From: Christensenella sp. UBA1428
Lineage (GTDB): Bacteria; Bacillota; Clostridia; Christensenellales; UBA1750
DNA: 63,299 nt
Direction: 5' to 3'
Assembly: GCA_002329335.1 (NCBI GenBank)
Contig: DCTY01000003.1
Location: 22,833-86,131 of the forward strand
Shown piece by piece: positions 17,706-27,283 of this stretch. Made by a program: the position numbers and the translations under genes. The stretch's first letter is position 1. Each line of letters opens with the position of its first letter. The notes beneath the pieces are model-generated. The model was not told the DNA's origin, ran no database searches, and saw only the letters and a list, made by a program, of their open reading frames with translations.

Positions 17706-18854
17706 CTACCGGGTCATTTCCTCCAAATGCGCGACGCTGGTAAACCCTACGCTGGGCTTTCCATGCACCGTTGTGCAAAACGCCACATATTGGTCGTTAA
17801 ACACAAAGCGCGGATGCGCGTCAATATGGTAAACACAGGGATCGTCCTGCGTATACAGTGCCGGATTGCGGGTGATGATATCGATTGGCCGATGGGTTTC
17901 GCTATTATAAAAGTTCACCGACGTTGCGCAGCCGCGATACCATTTCCATTGATCGTTGTATTCAAAAATATCGCCGACAAAGAACCGGTCGTCCCGCGTG
18001 GAATAACCATGCCGGTATCCGGTCGGATGCACGATTTTGCGTTCCTGCGTATCCAGGTCGATGCAGCCGATGCCATAGCGCCAGTCACAGTAATAGATCT
18101 TGCGCCCGTCGCCGCTCCACCATTCATGGCTGGCCTCTTTATAAACGGGCAAATGATTGACTGGCTCCTCGCCGCGGCGGATCGTCCACATGCGCGTGAG
18201 GCGCCCCTCTTCGTTTGCACCGATGCGGTGGCGTTCACCAGTCTGAAGATCCTGCCAAAACTCCATGGCAAAAAGCGCAAGATCCTTGTCCACAGGATTG
18301 AACTGTGCATGATTCCAGCCGCCATGGAGCGTATACCAATGCTCAAATTCACCGGTTTGAATATTCAGACTGGTCAGATAGGTTTCGTTTCCGCTGCTGA
18401 TATCGCAGAAAAGCTCTTTTTTATCCGCCGAGAACGTCAAATGCGTCGCCACACGTCCCGGGAAAAGGCGATACTTTTCCGGCACCCTGCCAATGCGCGT
18501 CACAGGGCTGTCCGGCTGCGGACCCTTTTTCAGGACAAGATTCTGGGTGCAGTAATAAAGCTCGCCCGTATCCGGATCAATCGCCGGCGCGCCGGCGGGC
18601 ACATCCGGATGATAGTAGATTTCATCCGTTTCAAGGTCCAAACACGCCATGGTCTGTGCGCTGCCTTCCCAAAGGCCATTGGGCGGGAACGCGCAGACAA
18701 ACCAGAAATACCGGCAGTCCTTCGAGGTGGACTGACTGGCAAAATACACCGGCTTTTGCAGCGGCGCCGCATCGTTGTTGAGGATGTAGCTTTCCACACC
18801 GCTGCAGAAATCCACGTATTTCGTAAAATGTTTTGACGTTTCTACGGTATGCAT
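17706..18854 (-). CDS. Beta-propeller protein, oligogalacturonate lyase (PL22)-like
   Basis: Blade motifs HLTFSADK, HAQFNP, HEWWSGDG, HPRF; pectin-locus context. Confidence 0.6.
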   Translation of the reverse strand: MHTVETSKHFTKYVDFCSGVESYILNNDAAPLQKPVYFASQSTSKDCRYFWFVCAFPPNGLWEGSAQTMACLDLETDEIYYHPDVPAGAPAIDPDTGELYYCTQNLVLKKGPQPDSPVTRIGRVPEKYRLFPGRVATHLTFSADKKELFCDISSGNETYLTSLNIQTGEFEHWYTLHGGWNHAQFNPVDKDLALFAMEFWQDLQTGERHRIGANEEGRLTRMWTIRRGEEPVNHLPVYKEASHEWWSGDGRKIYYCDWRYGIGCIDLDTQERKIVHPTGYRHGYSTRDDRFFVGDIFEYNDQWKWYRGCATSVNFYNSETHRPIDIITRNPALYTQDDPCVYHIDAHPRFVFNDQYVAFCTTVHGKPSVGFTSVAHLEEMTR

Positions 18855-18950
18855 CGTTTATATCCCTTTCTGAGTTAATAATCGCTTTTTTAGCAAACGA
18901 GAGCCCTGAAAAGGGCTCCCATTTGCTTAAAAGGATCCATTGGTATAATT

Positions 18951-20570
18951 TTATTGCCCAAGCAGACGATCCAGGCCATCCTGGTAGATCTTCAGCGTTT
19001 CCTCAACGCCCATGGCCTTGAGCTCTTCCACAAAGCTGTCCCACTTATCCATCGACTCGATGCCCATGATAAACTTATCGAGCATCTCGCCGCGATAGGT
19101 GTCAAGCTCCGCCTTGGTTGCCTGCATCTCGCTTTGCTCTGCATCCGTAAAGGAGATGGAGGACACCCATTCGGTGCGGATAAAGTCGTTTGCTTCATAC
19201 AGGTCGCGGGCCTTGAGAATATTCTGATGATAATCATAAATATTATAATTGTAGATCAACTCATCAGCCTGGTTCTTCGGCATGTCGCGCGTACCAACTT
19301 TCTTAATCTGACGATCTTTGGACTTGGTTGTATATTCTTCAATTGCAACCGGCATGCCATCGACCATCTCATAGGAGTAACCTTCAACGCCCCAGTTGGC
19401 AATGTAGAAGCCTTCATCCGAGAAAATGTAATCGAAATAGTCCAAAATACGCTCAGCATTTTTGCTGGAAGCAGCAATGGCAGCACATTTATCACGGCAG
19501 CGCGGATAGTGGATCGTGGTATTGCGGGTACCGGTAACGGGGCTTTCCATCGGGCCAACACCCATCATGCGGTATTCGACGTTCTGATTGACCTGGAAAT
19601 CCTGGTTGGCAGAGCCAATACGCGTGATATTGTCATGCGTCGCAAAAACATTGCCGGCCAAAACCTGTTCCCACCAAATCGTCGCATCGGTCGTCGGATA
19701 TTCCGGATCGATCAAGCCTTCCGAATACCACTGACGAGCGACTTCAACAACTTCCTTAAAACGCGGTTCCAGACAGCCGTATTTGACCACGCCGCCGTCC
19801 TCATAATAATCTTCCTTCATGCAATCGCTGTAACCGCCAAGCAGACGGTACAGGATCGCAGCTCTCTTATAGCGGGACATGAAAGGCATATAACCATTGT
19901 CTTTGGCCATGGTCAGCACATTATGCCAATCATCCAAAGTGACCAAATCCTCTTCCGTCAGATTCCACTGCGCCAACAGGTCCTCGCGAACCAGCAACAT
20001 GTCGCCAATGGTGCGGGTGGCCAAGCACGGAATGATGCGGTTCTGACCGTCATCATTGGGCAGATAATTCATCAGATACTCATCGCCGTAAATATACTGA
20101 TCCAGATTGGCGTACCGCGTGCTGCCTTTTACCAGCGTATCAAGGGGCAGCCAGGCATCCGGATACTTTTTAAGCAGCGTAACGTTTCTGGTCACCATGT
20201 CCGGCAGATCGCCGGAAGCCATCAGCAGATTGTAGCGTTCATCGACATTGGTCGCAGGAACAAGTTCCCATTCGATGGAAACGCCGGTTTTTTCTGCCAG
20301 CAGCACATCCATCGGCGCATTGTCGTAGTCCTCTTCGATGTCATCCACATGCATCGGATACCACCATTTCACCGTAACCGGATCACGGTTTTCGGCGACC
20401 ACATCCCCTGCCGGAGCCGCAGTACCGGATGTAGCAGAACCGGCGGAATCGCCAGCGCCCGAACCGGAATTGTCAGATGCGGGAGTCGACGGCGTGCCAG
20501 CACAAGCGGCCAATGACAACGCCATGACGACGATCAGCGCAAATGCAATCCATTTACGAGTTTTCATCAC
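18951..20570 (-). CDS. Extracellular solute-binding lipoprotein (family 1)
   Basis: Lipobox SLAAC, LLMASGDLPD, WYSEGLIDPE, WGVEG. Confidence 0.92.
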   Translation of the reverse strand: MMKTRKWIAFALIVVMALSLAACAGTPSTPASDNSGSGAGDSAGSATSGTAAPAGDVVAENRDPVTVKWWYPMHVDDIEEDYDNAPMDVLLAEKTGVSIEWELVPATNVDERYNLLMASGDLPDMVTRNVTLLKKYPDAWLPLDTLVKGSTRYANLDQYIYGDEYLMNYLPNDDGQNRIIPCLATRTIGDMLLVREDLLAQWNLTEEDLVTLDDWHNVLTMAKDNGYMPFMSRYKRAAILYRLLGGYSDCMKEDYYEDGGVVKYGCLEPRFKEVVEVARQWYSEGLIDPEYPTTDATIWWEQVLAGNVFATHDNITRIGSANQDFQVNQNVEYRMMGVGPMESPVTGTRNTTIHYPRCRDKCAAIAASSKNAERILDYFDYIFSDEGFYIANWGVEGYSYEMVDGMPVAIEEYTTKSKDRQIKKVGTRDMPKNQADELIYNYNIYDYHQNILKARDLYEANDFIRTEWVSSISFTDAEQSEMQATKAELDTYRGEMLDKFIMGIESMDKWDSFVEELKAMGVEETLKIYQDGLDRLLGQ

Positions 20571-20624
20571 AGAAAGTCCTCCTCAAATGTTGATTATTTA
20601 AACGGAAATCCCCGTCTAAAGCGA

Positions 20625-21503
20625 TTAACCCTTTACGGATCCGACCATAACGCCCTTTACAAAATACTTCTGAACAAACGGATAGACGCACAGGATCGGC
20701 AGAACAGCAACAACGATAACCGCAAACTTGATCGTATCCGCTACGGTATTTTCTGCCTCCAGCGCGACAGCGCCGGCTTCTGTAATATCCTTCACCTGAT
20801 TTTGCAGCACGATCATGCGGAGCCACAACTGAAGCGGATAGCGGCTGGAATCGCGCAGATAAATCACCGCGTTGAACCACGCGTTCCAATGCCCGACAGC
20901 ATAGAACATGCCGATCGTCATCAAAGACGCCGTGGACAAAGGAATAATAATCTTGAGCAGTACGCCGATATCATTGCAGCCGTCGATGATTGCCGCTTCC
21001 TCAAGTTCCGTAGGTATTCCCTGGAAGAAGGTGCGCATGATGATCATATTCCACGTGCTGATCGCTCCGGGAATCACCATAACCCAGAACGTATCGATCA
21101 TCTTATAGGAATTGATGATCAAATAAGTCGGCACCAGCCCGCCGCCAAAGAACATCGTCAGCGATACAAAAAACGTAAAAACACCGCGGCCATAAAACTG
21201 TTTTCTGGAAAGCGGGTAAGCGCCGCATACCGTCAGCACCAGGTTGATGGCCGTACCGACCGCAGTATACAGGATTGTGTTTTTATATCCGTTCCAAATA
21301 TGCTTATAGCGCAGAACAACCTTATACGCCTCTGTGTTAAATCCGATCGGATAGCAGGAAACCAAACCGCGCGCAACAGAGGAGTTGTCCGAAAATGAGG
21401 CGGCAATAACATGCAGGAAGGGATAAAGCATGATCACGCACAGCGCAATCATAAACACAAAGTTAAAAACCTCAAAGCCAATACGAGAAGCACTTTTCTT
21501 CAT
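20625..21503 (-). CDS. Carbohydrate ABC permease (LplC/YtcP-like)
   Basis: ELEEAAIIDG, YPFVQKYFVKGVMVGSVKG. Confidence 0.93.
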   Translation of the reverse strand: MKKSASRIGFEVFNFVFMIALCVIMLYPFLHVIAASFSDNSSVARGLVSCYPIGFNTEAYKVVLRYKHIWNGYKNTILYTAVGTAINLVLTVCGAYPLSRKQFYGRGVFTFFVSLTMFFGGGLVPTYLIINSYKMIDTFWVMVIPGAISTWNMIIMRTFFQGIPTELEEAAIIDGCNDIGVLLKIIIPLSTASLMTIGMFYAVGHWNAWFNAVIYLRDSSRYPLQLWLRMIVLQNQVKDITEAGAVALEAENTVADTIKFAVIVVAVLPILCVYPFVQKYFVKGVMVGSVKG

Positions 21504-21518
21504 CTTTTTCCCCTCCTT

Positions 21519-22463
21519 TTACCACAGACTGGTTTCCGAAAAACGCTTGGCCAGCTGGTTGGTCGACGCCACCAGGACCAAACCAATCAGTGAATTGAAC
21601 AGGCCGACGGCTGCACCAAAGCTGTATTCGGCATTGATCATACCACGGCGATAAACATAGGTGGAAATCACGTCTGCGGTTTCATAGATCGCTTCATTAT
21701 ACATCAGCAGGATGGTTTCCGAGCCGACCGAAAGCAATTCCCCAACCCGGAAAATCAGCATGATGATGATGGTATTGGAGATACCAGGCAGCGTGATGTG
21801 CCAAGTTTGGCGCAGACGGCCGCCGCCGTCGATCAAACAGGCTTCGTAAAGTTCCGGGCTGATGCCGGTCAGCGCCGCCAGGTAAATGATCGAACCCCAG
21901 CCGACGCCGCGCCAAATCCCCATCGCAGTATAAAGCGTTCTGAAGTACTTTGGATCGCCCAGGAAGTATGTCCTGGTACCGCCCAGAAGTTCCACAATAT
22001 TATTGATCAAGCCGTTATTGACCGACAAGAACTGCACATACATCGAAACCAGAACAACCGTGGAGATAAAATGGGGCAGATAGCTGATCGTCTGAACCGC
22101 CCGCTTAAACAGGCCGTCTTTTAATTCGTTGATCAGCAGCGCTAAAAGGATCGGCGCAGGGAACCCGAAAATCAGCCCGTAAAAGCTAATGAGAAAGGTA
22201 TTGCGGATCAACCTGAAAAAGAACTTGGATTCAAAAAACTGAATAAAATACTTAAACCCGACCCACGGGCTTGCGGCAACGCCCTTAAAAACATTATAGT
22301 CTTTAAACGCAATTACCAGACCGAACATCGGTGCGTAAGCAAACATCAGGTAATAAACCACGACCGGGAAAAACAGCAAATAAAGATACTTGCACTTTTT
22401 AATGCGCAACCATGCGGTATTGCGCGGACGAGCCGGCGCCGCGCTGGTAGGTACAGAGCTCAT
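21519..22463 (-). CDS. Carbohydrate ABC permease (LplB/YteP-like)
   Basis: IAFKDY, PHFISTVV, LYEACLIDG; start ATG 22463 behind GGAGGA. Confidence 0.93.
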   Translation of the reverse strand: MSSVPTSAAPARPRNTAWLRIKKCKYLYLLFFPVVVYYLMFAYAPMFGLVIAFKDYNVFKGVAASPWVGFKYFIQFFESKFFFRLIRNTFLISFYGLIFGFPAPILLALLINELKDGLFKRAVQTISYLPHFISTVVLVSMYVQFLSVNNGLINNIVELLGGTRTYFLGDPKYFRTLYTAMGIWRGVGWGSIIYLAALTGISPELYEACLIDGGGRLRQTWHITLPGISNTIIIMLIFRVGELLSVGSETILLMYNEAIYETADVISTYVYRRGMINAEYSFGAAVGLFNSLIGLVLVASTNQLAKRFSETSLW

Positions 22464-22861
22464 AAACGTATTCCTCCTGCAATTCCTGTATATAATCCAA
22501 AATCCGCCGTCGGCCAGTGCAAAAGGCACAAATGCCGCCAAACACCTCGGACAACGGCGCACCCAGATTTCTCACGCACACAATACACAATCATCAAACA
22601 CCGGATAGTCAGTTAAAAAAACATACTGCTACGCACAGCAAATCAGCGTTTCAAGCTTCTGACTAACACAAAACGCTTCACTGCCAGCCGCCAATTCCCT
22701 TTGGATAATCAGCTCCCATGTCCTTTCCAACACATCCGAAATACTTCCAGCAACATAAAAGCTACGGAACAAGCTTTCTGTACACCCATCAGCTTTTGCG
22801 GCCAATCGACAAAATTATAAACACAGCCGCAACGAACCTGTCTTTTTGATAACAGTGATTA

Positions 22862-22915
22862 GAACTTAATGAACTTAACAACCTAACTATACACTGACAA
22901 TCCATTTATTGTCAA
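22862..22915 (-). promoter_or_regulatory. Sigma-A promoter of the pectin locus with operator-like repeats
   Basis: TTGACA-18 bp-TATAGT; inverted repeat TGACAAT/ATTGTCA; direct repeats GAACTTAAT GAACTTAAC AACCTAAC. Confidence 0.6.
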
Positions 22916-23194
22916 GTGATAAAAGAAAATTCATTATGCATTTTCAGATTGCTTTTGTATAAACGTCCCTGTATTCCACAGTAAAAACGTATAGATTCAA
23001 CAACATCGTTCATGCTTTGGGCGTCACAGCTTATGAAAACGGCTCGGATTATTTCGCAAAAAACGCCAATTTGGCTTTCACGGCACAGCCTCAGCAAACC
23101 GCAAAAATTATACAATTATAAAAAAAGCCGTTAGAGCAGCCATCCTTTTTTATAACATCCCAATTACAATAACCTCCATTTTCCGATCTGCATG

Positions 23195-23225
23195 AAAAAC
23201 CCCTGCGCACGATTTTGCGCAGGGG
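23195..23225 (-). terminator. Terminator of uppP
   Basis: CCCCTGCGCA-N6-TGCGCAGGGG-TTTTT. Confidence 0.8.
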
Positions 23226-23256
23226 CATAACAGCCGCATACGGCCAAACTGCATTT

Positions 23257-24081
23257 TTACTGTACCAGAAAATATCCCAGCACCAATACGCCAAGCACAA
23301 TGCGGTACCAACCAAAGGCGGTAAAATCGTGCCGCTTGATATAGCGCATCAAAAAGCGAATTACCAAAACGGAAACGATAAACGCAACAGCCATGCCTAC
23401 CAGCAAAAACGAAAGCTCCTGGCCGGTAAAATGCATGCCAAAGCGCGCCAGTTTAATCAGGCTTGCGCCAAACATCGTGGGCACCGCCAGGAAAAAGGTA
23501 AACTCCGCCGCGGCGGTACGCGAAATGCCCAGCAGCAGCGCGCCGACAATCGTCGCCCCGGAGCGGGAGGTTCCCGGAAAGACAGCCGCGATCAGCTGAA
23601 ACACGCCGATCCAAAGCGCATCGCCATAGCCGATCTGATCGATTGACGTGATCCGCGGCTGTCTTGTGCGGTTGTATTTTTCAATGACGATAAAAAGCAC
23701 GCCAAAGACCACCAGGGCGATGGCCACACAGACATAATTTGAAAACCATGCGTTTAGCACATCGTCCCACAAGATGCCCACGACGCCGGCCGGAACGCAC
23801 GCTACGGCAATTTTCAGCCACATGCGCAGGACATCCGGCCGCCAGCGCACCCGGGGCGCGAACGACAGGGGCATCATCCGATCAAAATACAGCACGACAA
23901 CCGCCAGGATCGCGCCCAGCTGGATCACCACCAGAAACATCTGCATAAACGCTTCGGAAGCGTTCAGATGAATCAGTTCATCCAGCAGGATCATATGCCC
24001 TGTGCTGCTGATGGGCAGCCATTCGGTCACGCCCTCGACAATGCCCAGCAGAACTACTTTTAAGTATTCAAAAACCGTCAC
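23257..24081 (-). CDS. uppP: Undecaprenyl-diphosphate phosphatase
   Basis: GIVEGVTEWLPISSTGH, IQLGAILAV, PGTSRSGAT, FGWYR. Confidence 0.96.
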   Translation of the reverse strand: MTVFEYLKVVLLGIVEGVTEWLPISSTGHMILLDELIHLNASEAFMQMFLVVIQLGAILAVVVLYFDRMMPLSFAPRVRWRPDVLRMWLKIAVACVPAGVVGILWDDVLNAWFSNYVCVAIALVVFGVLFIVIEKYNRTRQPRITSIDQIGYGDALWIGVFQLIAAVFPGTSRSGATIVGALLLGISRTAAAEFTFFLAVPTMFGASLIKLARFGMHFTGQELSFLLVGMAVAFIVSVLVIRFLMRYIKRHDFTAFGWYRIVLGVLVLGYFLVQ

Positions 24082-24146
24082 TTTATCACATCCTTATGCG
24101 CATTGATACGAGGTACAAAAACGCGTGCGCGCCGGTTTTCCAACCA

Positions 24147-25472
24147 TTATCGCACCATGGCAGGGCGCTTGGGGTCAAACCGCCAGCCTGGAATCAAATA
24201 CTGCATGGCCGCGGCGTCATCACGCGCGCCCAGGCAATGTTTTTGATAAAGCGCATGAGCCTGTTCGATACGTTCCAGATCCGGCTGGATGCCCAGTCCA
24301 GGCGCACTGGGGACGCGGATCTGGCCGTTGGCAATTTTCAGCGGCTGCCTGGTCAGCCGTTCATTGCCCTCCTGCCAGATCCAGTGGGTATCCACCGCCG
24401 TTACCCTGCCGGGCACCGCGGCCGCCGTATGGGTAAACATCGCCAGGGAAATATCAAAATGATTGTTGGAATGACTGCCCCATGTCAGCCCGAACGCCTG
24501 ACAAAGCTGGCCCACGCGCACAGAGCCCTCCATCGTCCAGAAATGCGGATCTGCCAGCGGGATATCCACGCTTTGGAGCGTCAGGCAATGGCACATCTGC
24601 CGCCAGTCGGTAGCGATCATGTTGGTCGCAGTGGGCAGACCGGTAGCGCGGCGGAATTCCGCCATAACCTCCCTGCCCGAATAACCGTCCTGCGCGCCGC
24701 AGGGATCCTCGCAATAGGTCAAAATTCCGTGCATATCGCGGCAAAGCGACACCGCCTCATCCAGCAGCCACCCGCCGTTGGGATCCAGCGTAATACGCGC
24801 CTGTGGGAACGCCGATTTGAGCGCCTTTACCGCCTCGATTTCCTCATGACCGTCAAACACGCCGCCCTTGAGCTTAAAATCCCTAAAGCCGTATTTTTTC
24901 TGCGCTGCCTGCGCCAGGCGCACCACCTGCTGCGGTGTACCGGCTGCCTCGCTGCGCAGCCGGTACCAGTCGCAGTCCGCCTGCGGCGTACGCAGGTAGG
25001 GCAAGTCGGTTTTATCCGGATCGGCCACATAGAACAGATACCCCAATACGTCAACCGCATCGCGCTGGCGGCCCGGGCCGAGCAGGTCGCAAACCGGCAT
25101 ACCCAGGAATTGGCCGAAAAGATCCAGCATCGCCGCTTCCACCGCCGTATTGGCATGAATCGCGGTACGCAGATCGTATGTTTGAAGTCCCCTGCCGCCC
25201 TGGTCCCGGCCGGCAAAGGCCTGCGTCATTTTTTCCAGCACCGTGCGGTACGCGCCGACTGGGCTGCCGACGACCAGCGCACGGGCTTCCTCCAGCGTCC
25301 GGGTAATCTTTTGCCCGCCGGGCACCTCGCTGACGCCGGTACGGCCGTCGCTGTCGGTTAAAAGCACCACATTCCGGGTAAAAAAAGGGCCATGCGCGCC
25401 GCTGAGGTTCAGCAGCATGCTGTCGTGACCCGCAACGGGAATCACGCGCATATCGGTTACTTTGGGAACCAT
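24147..25472 (-). CDS. gudD: Glucarate dehydratase (enolase superfamily)
   Basis: [48 protein letters not shown]. Confidence 0.92.
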   Translation of the reverse strand: MVPKVTDMRVIPVAGHDSMLLNLSGAHGPFFTRNVVLLTDSDGRTGVSEVPGGQKITRTLEEARALVVGSPVGAYRTVLEKMTQAFAGRDQGGRGLQTYDLRTAIHANTAVEAAMLDLFGQFLGMPVCDLLGPGRQRDAVDVLGYLFYVADPDKTDLPYLRTPQADCDWYRLRSEAAGTPQQVVRLAQAAQKKYGFRDFKLKGGVFDGHEEIEAVKALKSAFPQARITLDPNGGWLLDEAVSLCRDMHGILTYCEDPCGAQDGYSGREVMAEFRRATGLPTATNMIATDWRQMCHCLTLQSVDIPLADPHFWTMEGSVRVGQLCQAFGLTWGSHSNNHFDISLAMFTHTAAAVPGRVTAVDTHWIWQEGNERLTRQPLKIANGQIRVPSAPGLGIQPDLERIEQAHALYQKHCLGARDDAAAMQYLIPGWRFDPKRPAMVR

Positions 25473-25536
25473 AGGCTACCTCCTATAAAATATGATGACT
25501 GGGATCATTTTAGCACAATCCGGCCCAATTTGCACG

Positions 25537-25575
25537 AAAAAAAGCAGGAGAGAACGAACCTCCGTTCCCTCCTGC
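25537..25575 (-). terminator. Terminator of the MATE gene
   Basis: GCAGGAGGGAACG-N6-CGTTCTCTCCTGC-TTTTTTT. Confidence 0.8.
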
Positions 25576-25644
25576 GTCGGGCGGCGCCTGCCGGCAAACA
25601 GTCACACAAGCGCTGCAATTTTCGCATCGCCCGCATAAAACGCC

Positions 25645-27093
25645 TTAAACCTTGATCGTTTTCCATTTTCCGGTAGCATACCGGTAAAGCGTAAACGAGG
25701 AACGCAGCGTCTGATCGCCCACCACAGACAGCCAAACGCCGACCAGTCCCAGATTCAGCCCGTAAACCAGCGAATACGCCAGCAATGGACGCAGCACGAC
25801 GATGCCAAGGAAAATGACGATTGCAACGGCTTTTGTATCGCCTGCACCGCGCAGCGCGCCGGAGACCACCTGCTGGCTGGACTGCAGCGGCTGAAGGATC
25901 ATGACCAGAATCATCAGCTGCGCGCCCATGGCGATGACATCGGCGCTGTCCGTATACAAATGCATCAGGGGTTTGCCAAATACCATCAGGCACCCGCCCA
26001 GCGCAACGGAAATCCAAAACGCATAGCGCCTGCAAAGGCTCACTGCCGCCTTGCCCTGATCCGGACGTTTTCTGCCCAGGGACTGCCCCAGCAGAGAGGT
26101 GGCGGAAATGCCAAAGGACTGACCGTTGGTCATGGTCATCTGCCAAATGTTGTTGACAATCTGATGGCAGGCATAGGCGTCGGTTCCCAGCGAGGCGACG
26201 ACTTTATTGAAAATAATCTGACCAAAGCGCATGAAAAATTGTTCAAACATGGACGGAAACCCGATGCGCACAACGCTCTTCAAAATCGCCAGATCAAACT
26301 GGAACAGGCCGCCAAGGCGCAGGCGCAGCATATCCGCGCCGTGTACAACGCTGCCCACAGCGACAATCGCCGCAACGATATAGCCGATGGACGTTCCCAG
26401 CGCCGCGCCGCGGATCCCCATCGCCGGAGCGCCAAGATTGCCCTGAATCAGCAGATAATTTCCAATAATATTGACAACATTGGCCAATACGTTATACACC
26501 ATCGATACGCGCGTACGCCCAACGCCACGCAGGCTGGCCGTAATGGCAAGAGACAGCGCGTTTGCAGGGAACCCGATCATCAAAAAGCGCATATACTGCG
26601 TAGCGCCTTCCACCGTATCGGCGCTGGCGCCCATAAAAGTTACCATCGGCGTGGCAAAAACATACCCCACCATGGCCAGCGCAATGGACGCGACAATGGA
26701 AAGCGCAATGCTCAGATGCATCACACGGTTGGCGCGCTGCGGGTCCCCCGCGCCCTTGGCACGGGCAATCAGCGCCGTAGCGCCGACATTGAACGCCTGA
26801 AAAATAGCCAGCAGTAGCAATCGCGGCTGGTTGCAAAAACCAACGGAAGCAATTCCCACCGTCCCCAGCACGCCGACCATCATCGTATCGACCATGCTGG
26901 CCAAATGCAGCAGAAAAGATTCCACCATCGCCGGGCCGGCGATGGAAAAAACCAGCTTGCGCACAGCCGCTTTGTCCATGTCCTCCGGCACAGGAGCGCT
27001 CAGGCCGGTTTTAAGCGTTTGAATCAAACCCATTTTTTTCTGCGCCGATTCCTGCGATTGAGGCGCAATGGGTGTCTGTATGGGATCGGACAC
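25645..27093 (-). CDS. MATE-family efflux transporter
   Basis: VDTMMVG.LG, LRGVG, ANVVNIIGNYLLI, GIRGAA, GALRGAGDT; about 12 TMs. Confidence 0.92.
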   Translation of the reverse strand: MSDPIQTPIAPQSQESAQKKMGLIQTLKTGLSAPVPEDMDKAAVRKLVFSIAGPAMVESFLLHLASMVDTMMVGVLGTVGIASVGFCNQPRLLLLAIFQAFNVGATALIARAKGAGDPQRANRVMHLSIALSIVASIALAMVGYVFATPMVTFMGASADTVEGATQYMRFLMIGFPANALSLAITASLRGVGRTRVSMVYNVLANVVNIIGNYLLIQGNLGAPAMGIRGAALGTSIGYIVAAIVAVGSVVHGADMLRLRLGGLFQFDLAILKSVVRIGFPSMFEQFFMRFGQIIFNKVVASLGTDAYACHQIVNNIWQMTMTNGQSFGISATSLLGQSLGRKRPDQGKAAVSLCRRYAFWISVALGGCLMVFGKPLMHLYTDSADVIAMGAQLMILVMILQPLQSSQQVVSGALRGAGDTKAVAIVIFLGIVVLRPLLAYSLVYGLNLGLVGVWLSVVGDQTLRSSFTLYRYATGKWKTIKV

Positions 27094-27283
27094 ACGAAGA
27101 CCTTCTTTCCAAAGAAACTCAATGCTGTACTCAGTTTACACCGAAAATGCTCTCGTGTCAATTTCTACATAAATTCACCGGATAATTTGACAGCTGGGTA
27201 TCGACAAGAAGACATAAATGCGCTATGATCAATGCATCCGGAAATGCGCATTGATTTTAAAGAACAGGAGGGATTTTCCGATC

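Noticed and set aside
22912-23315. Short ORFs (67-74 aa) in the AT-rich intergenic region
   Set aside because: No convincing RBS, atypical composition, and they overlap promoter or terminator elements
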